Below are positions 47,761-57,374 of a stretch of 64,000 nucleotides of DNA, piece after piece (the first letter of the stretch is position 1; each line of letters opens with the position of its first letter). Source of the stretch: a virus (taxonomy: Duplodnaviria; Heunggongvirae; Uroviricota; Caudoviricetes). The stretch lies in the IMG/VR virus record IMGVR_UViG_3300019888_000209; one strand, 5' to 3'. Both the position numbers and the translations under genes were made by a program. The notes beneath the pieces were generated by a model. That model did not search any database, was not told the DNA's origin, and was given only the letters and a program-made list of their open reading frames with translations.

Positions 47761-48102
47761 CTATCCCAGATCCGGCTTAATGATCACCTGGTTATAATCG
47801 CCGTTCGGAAAGGTCAGCAACTTCCCATCCGGCGCCCTCAACTCCCACTCCTGCCTGAAGGTGCCAGCATGCGACACGTCATCTGGAACAGGTTGATACT
47901 GAAACTCCGCCACTTCCACGGCATCGATCGTTTTCGAAACAATCGACGCGGCTCGCTTTACCTCCAATGAACCGCCCTTCAGGAGAAACGAGACCGTGTA
48001 CCCATCGAGGGTAGAGAACGGAATGTTAGCGCCGTCGATCGTGGGAATATCAGTGAACAGCGGCTTCGTGTCGTTTCGCTTAATGACGATTTTTTTACTC
48101 AC
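47761..48102 (-). CDS. hypothetical protein
   Basis: ORF only. Confidence 0.35.
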   Translation of the reverse strand: MSKKIVIKRNDTKPLFTDIPTIDGANIPFSTLDGYTVSFLLKGGSLEVKRAASIVSKTIDAVEVAEFQYQPVPDDVSHAGTFRQEWELRAPDGKLLTFPNGDYNQVIIKPDLG

Positions 48103-48179
48103 GCTCAGTTCGCTTATCTTTTCTTTCTCAGGAAATCAACAACATTCACAATCTTGCCGCGTGGCGAAGCTTTACGCGG

Positions 48180-50786
48180 TTATCCCACATCCGCTACTTC
48201 GTATTCGAGATTGTCTTCCGCGTCTTCGACTTCCAGGTTACTTACCGCGCTGGCCGCGAGCAGATTCGATCCAAAAGCTTCGCCGGCGTAAACGAATAAC
48301 AGATCGATGATCACGTTCGACTCACCCATGACTAAGCAGGTTCCATGCGCCAGAACGGACCTGGTAGATACAATAGCTGAATCGCAACTGGCAATGGCGA
48401 TGCCGGAAACCGATCCATCAGCGGCGACGTACACGGATGAGCTTCCGTCCGACGTGACCACGCAGATTCCATCTACCGATCCATCAGCGGCCACATACAC
48501 GGATGAGCTTCCGTCCGACGTGACCACGCAGATTCCATCTACCGATCCATCAGCGGCCACATACACGGACGAAGTCGCGCTCGCCACTGCGGTCCCGGCC
48601 GCAAGTCCAACGGCGTTAAATATAAAGGCGCTTGCACCAAGCGCCGAAGCGGTTCCATGAGAAGAAGCCGTCGATCCAGGTTCAGCGGCGTCGCCATCGC
48701 CCGTCACAGTGCAGGTTCCACTAGACGAGCAGCCGGCGACGACAAAGAAAAACGAACCTGCGCCAGCCGTTGCCAACCCGGCCGCCGAACCATCAGCGCC
48801 TACATAGACAGATGAATTCGCTACGGCCGTGGCTATTCCTGCCGCCGAAGCAGTAACATCCCAAACAGCGGACACATTGCCGTTAACGGCGCTAATCCCA
48901 GCCGAGATGCCTGATGCTCCCTTCGTGGAATTGGCTCGACCCGTAATGACACACACCCCCGACGATGATCCATCGGCCTCAACGTAATCAGAAGTGCTCG
49001 CAACAGCGATAGACGTTCCCGTCGCCGATGCCAGGGAATCCCATAAGGCGTTCGCCGCCGCCATCGCAGCGGCAACACCACTTGAAGAAGCTGCGCTATC
49101 TCTTACGGCCCTACCAACGCCAGCCACAGCACCGACCCCAGCAGAAGCGCCAACACTATCCCGTATCGCCTTACCAGCGCCGCTTACCGAGCACGTACCA
49201 CTTGAAACAGCCGCGCTATCCCATATCGCCTTGCCAACGCCACCGACTACCGCAATCCCGCTCGACGAAGCCGCGCTGCCTCGTATTGCATCGGATGCGG
49301 CGCTAACCGTGCACGTGCCATTCGAAGCTGCCGCGCTGTCTCGTATCGCCCTGCCTACCCCGGATGGCACCGCAACGCCGGCAGATGCGCCAACGGAATC
49401 CCAAATCGATTTGCCACTTCCGGACGCACTGCCTACGCCTGACGATGCGCCGACCACGCCAGCCCTCGATGACGAAACACCACTGGCCGAAGCTATACCG
49501 ACAGATGCGGCAGCAACGTCCCAGACCGCCTTGCCAATGCCAGACGCCGCGCCGGTGCCAGCGGAAGCACCAAGTGAGTCCCATATAGCCTTACCAGTGC
49601 CACTGACCGTGCCCGTCCCGCTCGATGAGGCCGCTCCGTCCAATACAACGCTGCCAGCGCCGCTGACTACACTAACACCAGCCGACGATCCAGTGGCAGA
49701 CACAATCGCGCCGGTACGCAGGATTACGTCGTTTGGACTAACTGCTCCTGCCTTGAGAGAAACCTGGACAAAGGCAATGAGAGGCCCAGGGGCAACCTCG
49801 TTTCCCACCCTAACAAACGTGCTTGCTGCTTTTTGATTATTGTATTCGCAGGTTATCCAGTCAGCATAACGCCGCACACTAGAAATCCGAACCTCATCAA
49901 CACCACCATCCCAAAACCGGACCGCCACGCCAGGGTCTTGTCCTATGTCGGTGGCTATTATACTAGCAAATAGAGCCTGGGGACTAGCTATAGCAGCGTG
50001 ATCGGATTCAGCATTAACGTAAACATTTAAGCCGCCAACGTTGTCGAATGCCGCAGCTACGTAATACCAAGTCCCGGTTGAAAGGGTATGAGATCCGGTT
50101 CCATCATACTCACGGTAAGTACCAGACCCAACAAACGCCGAAACGTAAAGTTTTCCGTTGCTTTTAACTTCAACAACAAACCGATCAGTTCCATCAGACC
50201 GACCAAACGGACAATTATACGCATTTGGCAACGAAGCCGCATTCACCCATCCGCTATAGGTCATGGCACTGTTGTGAAACCCGGTGCCGCAATCGATGTA
50301 CTGGCTCGATGCCGCTGCAAAAGCCGCCCCGCCATCAATCTGTCCAGCAACCGGCGTTGCGCCGTGGTTCGTGCCGTTATTGACATTTCGCGAATCAGCG
50401 ACACTCAGCGTCGTGCCGTCCTTTAAGTGGTAAACGCCAAGAAAGTTGTTCGTCCACACGTTCACAGGATCTGATTGATCGGTCGTGATGGAAGGATCGC
50501 CATAGCGTAGGAAAAACACAGTGTCCCCGCCACTCGCGACGCTGGGAATCTTGACCCACGCAACTAATTCGCCAGTCACGGGTGTATATCGCTCGATTTC
50601 CCACTTGAGCGGAGTCATGCCCAGAGCGTCACCGAAAAATCCGACGTCGAATCCATCACTTCTCTGGACGTGACCGCCGTACGCAATCGTTTTCAACGTC
50701 GCGTCAGTGAACCAGACGAGCACCGGAAAGTCGGTTTGCCCGCTCGGAACCTGGGCGTGGTCGATCGTTAAAGATCGCGTAAACAT
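48180..50786 (-). CDS. LamG/concanavalin-like domain protein with long Gly/Ser/Ala repeat region (tail fibre or receptor-binding candidate)
   Basis: N-terminal jelly-roll pattern (GTWYYVAAAFDNVGGLNVYVNAE). More than 10 repeats of about 25 aa (SGxGKAIWDSxxASAG). Perfect 63-bp tandem repeats near the 3' end. Confidence 0.55.
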   Translation of the reverse strand: MFTRSLTIDHAQVPSGQTDFPVLVWFTDATLKTIAYGGHVQRSDGFDVGFFGDALGMTPLKWEIERYTPVTGELVAWVKIPSVASGGDTVFFLRYGDPSITTDQSDPVNVWTNNFLGVYHLKDGTTLSVADSRNVNNGTNHGATPVAGQIDGGAAFAAASSQYIDCGTGFHNSAMTYSGWVNAASLPNAYNCPFGRSDGTDRFVVEVKSNGKLYVSAFVGSGTYREYDGTGSHTLSTGTWYYVAAAFDNVGGLNVYVNAESDHAAIASPQALFASIIATDIGQDPGVAVRFWDGGVDEVRISSVRRYADWITCEYNNQKAASTFVRVGNEVAPGPLIAFVQVSLKAGAVSPNDVILRTGAIVSATGSSAGVSVVSGAGSVVLDGAASSSGTGTVSGTGKAIWDSLGASAGTGAASGIGKAVWDVAAASVGIASASGVSSSRAGVVGASSGVGSASGSGKSIWDSVGASAGVAVPSGVGRAIRDSAAASNGTCTVSAASDAIRGSAASSSGIAVVGGVGKAIWDSAAVSSGTCSVSGAGKAIRDSVGASAGVGAVAGVGRAVRDSAASSSGVAAAMAAANALWDSLASATGTSIAVASTSDYVEADGSSSGVCVITGRANSTKGASGISAGISAVNGNVSAVWDVTASAAGIATAVANSSVYVGADGSAAGLATAGAGSFFFVVAGCSSSGTCTVTGDGDAAEPGSTASSHGTASALGASAFIFNAVGLAAGTAVASATSSVYVAADGSVDGICVVTSDGSSSVYVAADGSVDGICVVTSDGSSSVYVAADGSVSGIAIASCDSAIVSTRSVLAHGTCLVMGESNVIIDLLFVYAGEAFGSNLLAASAVSNLEVEDAEDNLEYEVADVG
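48409..48580. repeat. perfect 63-bp tandem repeat (about 2.7 units) inside the fibre gene
   Basis: Unit accgatccatcagcggccacatacacggatgagcttccgtccgacgtgaccacgcagattccatct; encodes SSVYVAADGSVDGICVVTSDG. Confidence 0.9.
48990..49700. repeat. imperfect ~75-bp tandem repeats encoding the 25-aa GKAIWDS repeats
   Basis: Recurring gccgcgctatc...atcgcc units. Confidence 0.7.
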
Positions 50787-50791
50787 GCCGC

Positions 50792-51136
50792 TTACGCCCC
50801 TACCAGTGTGTTCAGCGTGGCGCCGGCGACATCAGGGCTCCCAGCGAGATACGCTACAATGTAATAAGAGACACCGGGTTGAACAGTAAAACTGAAATTA
50901 CCGTTGGCGTCTGAGGTCGTCTGCGCCGCTTCAACATCCGCCGAGCGCCCGCTAACAGAATCGTTCGCCGTGAAAAATAGCCTAACCGTGCAGTAGCCTA
51001 GCGGCGCGCCGGTCGAGTCCCTGGTTACACCAGAGATGAAAAAATTTTGCTGCGCGTACTCGCCTTGCGGTTGCTCAGCGAACGAGACAACCCCGAGGAA
51101 CCTCGAGGGAACGCTCTGAACGATATTAGGAGATTG
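50792..51136 (-). CDS. carboxypeptidase-regulatory-like beta-sandwich domain protein (tail fibre associated)
   Basis: VRLFFTANDSVSGRSADVEAAQTTSDANGNFSFTVQPGVSYYIVAY resembles a CarbopepD_reg-like domain. Probable GTG start at ~51136 overlapping the upstream stop; the longer ORF N-terminus looks like an Arg-rich artefact. Confidence 0.4.
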   Translation of the reverse strand, partial: QSPNIVQSVPSRFLGVVSFAEQPQGEYAQQNFFISGVTRDSTGAPLGYCTVRLFFTANDSVSGRSADVEAAQTTSDANGNFSFTVQPGVSYYIVAYLAGSPDVAGATLNTLVGA

Positions 51137-51140
51137 CACA

Positions 51141-51854
51141 TCAGTTACGCGAAAAGATGTGAACGTTTTGCACAATGAACGAGTTCGTCGTGCTGGCCGT
51201 TTTCCGAATCGTAATGTTGCCGTTGATTGTGGTATCGACCGAGGCTTGCGTTCCGCCAAACGTAATGATCTGACCAAGACCGGTTCCTGAAACCACCCCA
51301 CCGGCAATCGCCAGGTAACCACCGCCAGTGACCTTGGAGTTAGTTCCGGCAGCGCCAACGGATTGCACGAGTAGATCAAACGCCAAATACCACGCCGCAA
51401 TCGCTATAGTGCTCGTGCCCTGTGTTAAACTCACGCCCAGAGTGGTTCCAGCGGGCCCCCATTGAGGAGTAACAATAAACGTGCCGCCCGTGAGCGAAAG
51501 AGTGCCGAAAGCCCTGACGCAATAAATTTTTCCAGCCTTGGCATCGTTGGCAAAAATTGGTGTCCACGTAATGCCAGGCCACATATCCTCGATCGTCGTA
51601 GCAGACAACGTTCCCAGTGCCGCAACCGGCGCGTCGATGTAAGGCCCATCGCCAAACAACTGCCGGCCGCACGTCGGATTAAAACCAGGCGGGCAACCCC
51701 TACGGGAACGCGACACGATGCGCTGCGCTTCCCACAGGCATTTGGCAAATCTTACGCCTTTTAGGGGATCGAGCAGCGTTGGTCCAACAAGAAGTGGTCG
51801 CCCGTCAAGGCGCTCCGCCACATATTCACCTGGCGTGATAATCGTCTTCATCAC
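51141..51854 (-). CDS. hypothetical tail/fibre-cluster protein
   Basis: Gly/Thr-rich beta-type composition. Confidence 0.35.
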   Translation of the reverse strand: MMKTIITPGEYVAERLDGRPLLVGPTLLDPLKGVRFAKCLWEAQRIVSRSRRGCPPGFNPTCGRQLFGDGPYIDAPVAALGTLSATTIEDMWPGITWTPIFANDAKAGKIYCVRAFGTLSLTGGTFIVTPQWGPAGTTLGVSLTQGTSTIAIAAWYLAFDLLVQSVGAAGTNSKVTGGGYLAIAGGVVSGTGLGQIITFGGTQASVDTTINGNITIRKTASTTNSFIVQNVHIFSRN

Positions 51855-52430
51855 TTAATCTTCCGTGACCGTGGACGTGGTTTTCAGCCGCGGAATCACG
51901 CCAACGTCCATGGTGATGTTGGGCGTCACAGTGCCGCTATAGAGCAGCACGCCAGCGCCGCTTAATGCCGTGCCAATACCGAAGTACGTAATCGCACCGC
52001 CTGCTGAAGCCGTGCATTCGCCAAAATCGATGTTAGCCACCGGGCTCACGCTACTGGCCGTGATGGTAAAAGCGCCAGATGAGCGGGCAAGTGGAATTCG
52101 CGCGTAGCCGGTATAACCCGTCTCGTTTGTGGTTTGATCGCCCGCCTCGCCCGGGTCGGAAGTATGCAGACTGATATAAAGCGAGCCAGCCGTCGAACTG
52201 CCGCGCAGCCCAGTAGCGTCTCCGATGTTGCCAGCATTCGTGTTATTGAACAACAACAGCAAAAGCGCGTTCTCCCAGGCATCGCTCTTGCTGCAGTATG
52301 CCTCTACACCAGGCGGCAGGAGACTGCGACGGTACCATCGGACAATACATTTCGCTTTCCATAGGCAATACGCGAACAGAAGCGACTTCCACGCGTGACG
52401 AATTCGGTTTAACATCAGCGCGCATCTCAT
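51855..52430 (-). CDS. tail-fibre-like protein
   Basis: GDATGLRGSSTAGSLYISLHTSDPGEAGDQTTNETGY looks like a tail-fibre N-terminal-type motif. Confidence 0.35.
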   Translation of the reverse strand: MRCALMLNRIRHAWKSLLFAYCLWKAKCIVRWYRRSLLPPGVEAYCSKSDAWENALLLLLFNNTNAGNIGDATGLRGSSTAGSLYISLHTSDPGEAGDQTTNETGYTGYARIPLARSSGAFTITASSVSPVANIDFGECTASAGGAITYFGIGTALSGAGVLLYSGTVTPNITMDVGVIPRLKTTSTVTED

Positions 52431-52473
52431 TTTGTTTGATAGAACAAGTCAAGAAATTTCTTTAATGTTCGCC

Positions 52474-52683
52474 TTATTTCGGATGCGACGGCCCTTCTGA
52501 TCTGCCTTCGGCTAATCCCTGGGCGTGCGCGAGTTTTTTCGTGACCTCAAGTAGCTCGCTCAAGCGACCGTCGAGTTGCACGTGAAGGATGTTCGTACGG
52601 CTGCGGATATACCATGTAATTAGTCCGAATCCGACAACGAGAGGCAGCAAAAACATTACGGCCAGTAAGAAGTTAACGCTCAT
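52474..52683 (-). CDS. small TM protein
   Basis: N-terminal hydrophobic helix. Confidence 0.3.
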   Translation of the reverse strand: MSVNFLLAVMFLLPLVVGFGLITWYIRSRTNILHVQLDGRLSELLEVTKKLAHAQGLAEGRSEGPSHPK

Positions 52684-53000
52684 GGCTTAGCCTTCAATAA
52701 ATCCTGGTTGTGATCAATGACCCTTTGCGGCACACGGAATCGGCCGCCATCGGATTGAATATCGTTGTCTTCGGCAATCGCGTAGTTGTATTTCTTTTCT
52801 AATTCCTTGTAATGCACCATCCAGTTTTGGTCCACTATCACCGTGCCGCCGCTCGCCATGGACGATCCAGCCTTCAAGTGGTTGCCCTTCGCCTGCCGAC
52901 GGGTCGAGTGTTTGTTATTCTTGCTGCTTTTTAACGACGTGATGCTAACTGCACAGGCTGAGCAAAGCGCGACGCTACAAAGGAGAGCGAACCTTTTCAT
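52680..53000 (-). CDS. small secreted protein
   Basis: Signal-peptide-like N-terminus. Confidence 0.3.
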   Translation of the reverse strand: MKRFALLCSVALCSACAVSITSLKSSKNNKHSTRRQAKGNHLKAGSSMASGGTVIVDQNWMVHYKELEKKYNYAIAEDNDIQSDGGRFRVPQRVIDHNQDLLKAKP

Positions 53001-53485
53001 TTCTTTTGGCGCGCCATTTCTTTGAGCGTGTCTTCGATACGTGATTGCCCGGACAAGATCGGATCTATCTTCTTGGTCGCCTCTTCCACCGCTCGTAATC
53101 TTTCTTCATAATGACCGTACTTAAAGTTCTTCGTCCCCTCGTCGTCCACTTTCTGACGCCACGCTTCCATCTCAATATGCCATTTTGTGTCATCCGCGAA
53201 CTGCTGTGACAACTTTCCCCATGCCACAGCGGCCAGAAGCGCCCAGCATATGAAAGCTAACGCCTGGCCGACGATAAACGTAAAGACGGGGCTCTTAAGA
53301 GCCCCATTCATCTTACTCGGGCTCGCTTCTCCTGAATTCATTTTTTCAACCTCAAAAAACTTCGTGTTTCTTCGTGACCTTCGTGGTGAACATTCAGCTT
53401 TGCTCCGCCGGCACGCCGGACGGAGTTTCGGTCGGCCGGCCGCCTTTAGGTCCGGTGCCACTAACGATTCCTTGCTTCGCTTCAA
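52997..53485 (-). CDS. membrane protein
   Basis: Central hydrophobic helix; overlaps the portal candidate's 3' end in another frame. Confidence 0.3.
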   Translation of the reverse strand: MKRSKESLVAPDLKAAGRPKLRPACRRSKAECSPRRSRRNTKFFEVEKMNSGEASPSKMNGALKSPVFTFIVGQALAFICWALLAAVAWGKLSQQFADDTKWHIEMEAWRQKVDDEGTKNFKYGHYEERLRAVEEATKKIDPILSGQSRIEDTLKEMARQKK

Positions 53486-54863
53486 ATGGTGGCGTGAAAC
53501 GCTGTTTGTTCTTGTTCGCTGTCACCAACCGGTCGCCCTCTTCTTTATCGTTCAGGCCCAACCATTCGCGCGTTGTCTGCGGTGAAGCGATGCCGTTAGG
53601 TTGCGCAAACCGTGAAAGCTCGATCAGGTTCTTTTTGGACGTGAACGTGACGGGACTCCAGCGCGGGACCAGATCGACTGGCGGATCTGCGTTACCAATG
53701 AAACTTTCATCACTGAAAATCGACGCCAGAAAATCACTGATCAATTTCCGTTGGCGCCGTCCTTCGGTTTCAAAAGCGTCCATCAGATACGGCGACTGCG
53801 TCGGCCCCGCCAGCAGCAACCTGCCAATCGGTCCCGCCCAACGTTCCAGCCGGGATAGCGTGCCTTCCATTTTCTTTATCGTAAAATAATTCGGGTCCAT
53901 GAACGGGTAGCCTATGTTCACGTCAAAGTTTGTGACCGAGTCGTACGCGCCATCCTTGTTCTTGTTCGCGTTCTTGATCTGATCCGATTCCTTTTTCTTC
54001 AGGAAATGGATCGGCTGCCCGGCCAGCGGTCCCGCGGTGATCTCGTGGCCTTTCTTGAATTGGCGTATGACCTTTTTCATCATCGACGCCGCGGCCCAGT
54101 CGCCAATGCCAAGCAGATCCATCGCGCCAATCTGCGTGAGAACCGAGCCGACCCTGGGCGCAGCCAAGCCTTTCCCCACCTTCGCGCGCGTAAGCACCTT
54201 AAAGCGGTCGCCCTCGGTTTTATCCAAAAGTAACTTCTTGCCTCCGCTAATCGCCTCGACATAGCGATTATCGAGGCCGCTCGCCTTGAGACGGGCCAGC
54301 TCCGCGCTCGATAGGCCGAGCTTGGGCACGCTTAGCGTGAGCATCTCCATTCCGAACGCGTTTTTGTATTCGCAAATCTCGCAATCGAGAATCGTAACGA
54401 CCGGAAGCTGCCCCTTCCCGTCGCTCTCCCCAGCCGCCTGCCAGAAGGCCACCACGTTATCGCAGACCAGCCATTCCTGCCAGGCGTCGTTCACTACCCG
54501 CGAAAAATCGTAGGCCTGGGCGCGCAGCCAGTTTTTCAGCTTCGTGTTATTGTTTTCGCCAAAGCTAAAGCTGTCGTTAAAAAAAAGTTCCTTGAGGTAG
54601 ATAATTGAGCTAAGGAAGTCACTGGACTCAGCCAGTTGGCGCGCTTGCTTGAATTGCTCCTTGCCCTGCTTACGCCCGAACAACGCGGCGTAAATATTCT
54701 CGAACATGAGATTGGCCGGCATCAGCGGCTCGATGGTGCCGCCAAGAATATCAGCGGCCTCCATTGCTACGAGCCGTTTACCGGCGCCCCGGCCGCGGTG
54801 GCCGTTCAATTCTTCTGCGCGCATCCCTGCCGCTCGCCTGGCCTGGCTAATTTTCTTGCTCAT
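53394..54863 (-). CDS. putative portal protein
   Basis: 489 aa, located between the terminase and head genes; assignment by size and position. Confidence 0.4.
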   Translation of the reverse strand: MSKKISQARRAAGMRAEELNGHRGRGAGKRLVAMEAADILGGTIEPLMPANLMFENIYAALFGRKQGKEQFKQARQLAESSDFLSSIIYLKELFFNDSFSFGENNNTKLKNWLRAQAYDFSRVVNDAWQEWLVCDNVVAFWQAAGESDGKGQLPVVTILDCEICEYKNAFGMEMLTLSVPKLGLSSAELARLKASGLDNRYVEAISGGKKLLLDKTEGDRFKVLTRAKVGKGLAAPRVGSVLTQIGAMDLLGIGDWAAASMMKKVIRQFKKGHEITAGPLAGQPIHFLKKKESDQIKNANKNKDGAYDSVTNFDVNIGYPFMDPNYFTIKKMEGTLSRLERWAGPIGRLLLAGPTQSPYLMDAFETEGRRQRKLISDFLASIFSDESFIGNADPPVDLVPRWSPVTFTSKKNLIELSRFAQPNGIASPQTTREWLGLNDKEEGDRLVTANKNKQRFTPPFEAKQGIVSGTGPKGGRPTETPSGVPAEQS

Positions 54864-55168
54864 GGCTTTTCAACAGGTGCGATTTTGACAGGCGGCGCGT
54901 ACTCCCTTCGGATTCGGACCTGTTCGGATTTGATTTGCTGCACGGACGCCTGGATTTGCGGGAGCGTTCTCAGCGCCTGATTGTTGTCGTTGATCCATTT
55001 CAATCCGGTGGAGATTAGCAACCAGCTAATGCTAGCAATTACCGTCGTCAGGACGGCGTTAAAATTGATCGTGATCCCAAAGACTGTAAACAGTCCGCCA
55101 TAGTCGGGCTTCTTTCTGGTCCGGGGCTTCGTCTTATTGCGCCTCATGCTGGCGCTCGTTGAAATCAC
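54860..55168 (-). CDS. small membrane protein
   Basis: Hydrophobic helix VLTTVIASISWLLI. Confidence 0.3.
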   Translation of the reverse strand: MISTSASMRRNKTKPRTRKKPDYGGLFTVFGITINFNAVLTTVIASISWLLISTGLKWINDNNQALRTLPQIQASVQQIKSEQVRIRREYAPPVKIAPVEKP

Positions 55169-55258
55169 ACCCGGCTATGAACGTCAAGTCCTGTTTCCGG
55201 AAAGCTGTTCGCCATGCCGCGCGTGGTTCGAGAGCAAGAACAGTGCTTGGGTAGTGTC

Positions 55259-55711
55259 CTAATTTGAAGTCTGAAATCGCAATTTCCGCTGCCGCATCCT
55301 GAGAGCGTAGGTTCGCGATGCCCCTTTGGTGTCCTGAAATCCGAGTGAAACGCGAGACCCTGGCGGCAGGGTGTGGAGCATCAATAGTTCCGGCCAGACG
55401 GAGACCAGTGCATCGAAGTGCTCCGCGTATCCCGCTTTAATGAGTCCCGGCGTTAGCACGACGTATGTAATGCCGAGAGCTTTGCAGACGGCATGGAATT
55501 TTTCTTTCTTCGGATTTCGGCCATGATCGTTCGTAATTGCAATCCACGCCCGATCTTCGGTGAGTGGTTGAAGCCATGTGCTTTCGGCGGTTGCACGGTC
55601 ATAAAAATCTAGGACATGGCACGTTTCAAGGTCTGGATGATCTGCGGCATAAAACGCTTTGATTTCTTTGGCGAGTTTCCGGCTACAGCACTCGTCAAAG
55701 TAAAGCTTCAC
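55259..55711 (-). CDS. PIN-like protein (DUF5615-like)
   Basis: N-terminus MKLYFDECCSRKLAKEI matches the characteristic MKxLxDEN start of DUF5615 PIN-like proteins. Confidence 0.45.
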   Translation of the reverse strand: MKLYFDECCSRKLAKEIKAFYAADHPDLETCHVLDFYDRATAESTWLQPLTEDRAWIAITNDHGRNPKKEKFHAVCKALGITYVVLTPGLIKAGYAEHFDALVSVWPELLMLHTLPPGSRVSLGFQDTKGASRTYALRMRQRKLRFQTSN

Positions 55712-55719
55712 AGTCCGAC

Positions 55720-56409
55720 TTAAACGAGTGCCAACTCAGAATTGCAGTATCTGTAAGCGGCATCAACGGAATCAACGCCGACCTCATATAGTTCCGCGGC
55801 TTGTTCCAAGCTGCCCTCGGCGACGGCGGCTTTGTAGAGTGTTGCGGCTGTGTACCCGTTTTCCCTGATAGCAGGCTCTCCGAAATGAACCTTGGGAGTG
55901 AGTATAATTTCTTGGCCCTTATAGCGAAACGCAGTGTAGAGGCGTGCCATGCCGTCAATATCAAACTCTAGGTCTCTCATGTAAGCTTCGATACAAGGCT
56001 TCATGGATTTTTGGCCGGTCAGTTTGCCGGTTAATTGAACCGGATTGCGCGGGTCTTCGGGGAGGTAGATGTGCAAGTCGGGCCACAGTACGACTGTTTT
56101 ATGCTTTTGGTGAGCGAATGGATGCTCAATTCCGTATCTTTCTCTAGCGTTCTTGATTGCCTCACGGATTTTCTGGAAAGAAATCCCGTAGTCCATGCGC
56201 AAGGAGCGAATTGCGACGGCCTCGATCAAATCGAGAAATGTAATTGCCCTGAAATCAGGGGACTCGATCTCTGCGTCCCGAATTGGCGGTCGCCCACCTG
56301 AACCAGTGAACCAGTTTCGGAGGCTTTTTCCGTGCATTTTGACGTACCGCGCCGCCTCTGGAATTGTGTAAATCCCCGTCTGTGGCGCGGCAGATAGCAA
56401 GCTTATCAT
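55720..56409 (-). CDS. hypothetical partner protein of the PIN-like gene
   Basis: Ends 9 nt upstream of the PIN-like gene on the same strand. Confidence 0.35.
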   Translation of the reverse strand: MISLLSAAPQTGIYTIPEAARYVKMHGKSLRNWFTGSGGRPPIRDAEIESPDFRAITFLDLIEAVAIRSLRMDYGISFQKIREAIKNARERYGIEHPFAHQKHKTVVLWPDLHIYLPEDPRNPVQLTGKLTGQKSMKPCIEAYMRDLEFDIDGMARLYTAFRYKGQEIILTPKVHFGEPAIRENGYTAATLYKAAVAEGSLEQAAELYEVGVDSVDAAYRYCNSELALV

Positions 56410-56446
56410 GACTGTTTTCCTTTCAGTTTAAGCCGTAGAAGCCTGA

Positions 56447-56740
56447 GCAAGCAAGACCTGCCTCATCCACTCGGAAAAGTCGGTTCTCGCCTGTCTAGCG
56501 GCTAATCCAGCGCGGACAATCCGGCTGACAATCGGGCATATCGTGGACAAATCCAAAGGTGGCGACGACTCGCTTTCAAATCTCAGGGGCGAGTGCACGA
56601 ACTGCAACGAGGGACTTCAAAACACCGCCCCGCCTAAACCCGATACAATCCACCTTCTGTCTCAGCTAAGGCGGGCAACAATCGACGGTCAGCTCGCCGC
56701 GCTCAATTGGCTTCTTAAAAAGTATCCTAAATCAAATTAG
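56447..56740 (+). pseudogene. HNH endonuclease remnant
   Basis: IGHIVDKSKGGDDSLSNLRGECTNCNEGLQN is an HNH core motif; no credible start codon. Confidence 0.5.
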
Positions 56741-56792
56741 GACACTACCCAGTGCTTGACTTACTTAGCCAAACAAAATAATCTATGCGTCG

Positions 56793-57075
56793 ATGCCAGA
56801 ACCTATTCAGGCAGCAAAGTTCGCGTTTCAGTGCAGGCACTGTGGCGCGCTAGAACCCGCAGAGGCTGCCTTGGGCGGCAAAGAGAAAAATAAGCACGCC
56901 AGTAAGCGACTCCACTCAGTTGCCGCAATGATCTACACCGACGATCATCAATCGGTTTGGACGATTACAATCACGAGTCGGTAAATCATTCGGTGGGCGA
57001 ATACGTGCGCGACAAGGCGCATACGAACGGCATCGAATCGTTTTGGGCGCTGCTCAAGCGCGGCTACATCGGAAA
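56793..57075 (+). pseudogene. IS1595-family transposase remnant with internal deletions
   Basis: FQCRHCGALE zinc ribbon, GGKEKNKHASKR, then in another frame AHTNGIESFWALLKRGYIGK (the conserved HTNxIESFWxLLKRGY block). Confidence 0.5.
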
Positions 57076-57322
57076 AGATCAAGCGCCTCCAGCTTGCGGC
57101 GGCTCCACCACGTGACCCAACTCTTCGCGCCTTTGCTTCTCCCAACGCCGCCCGAGAATTTCGCCGAGCTGTTTTAACAATTTCGCCGCCGTCGCCTCGG
57201 GAATCGTGTATTGAATTTTCGCGCCAGTATTGATCGCGATGTAAATATCCCCGAACGTCCCATTGCGCTCCCGGCTTGGCCTCTCTCCAAAATTGATGTC
57301 GTTCAACATTTCCCTAATTTTT

Positions 57323-57370
57323 CTTCCTGGCTTCTCTCCACGGCGAGTCTGCGACCTGGTTTCCAGATTA
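57323..57370. repeat. family-A variant at the 3' end of terL
   Basis: ttcctggcttctctccacggcgagtctgcgacctggtttccagatt. Confidence 0.75.
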
Positions 57371-57374
57371 TTTT

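Noticed and set aside
48180-50786. Diversity-generating retroelement target (variable repeats in fibre gene)
   Set aside because: No reverse transcriptase ORF and no template-repeat/variable-repeat pair with adenine-specific mismatches visible in the window. The repeats are tandem duplications.
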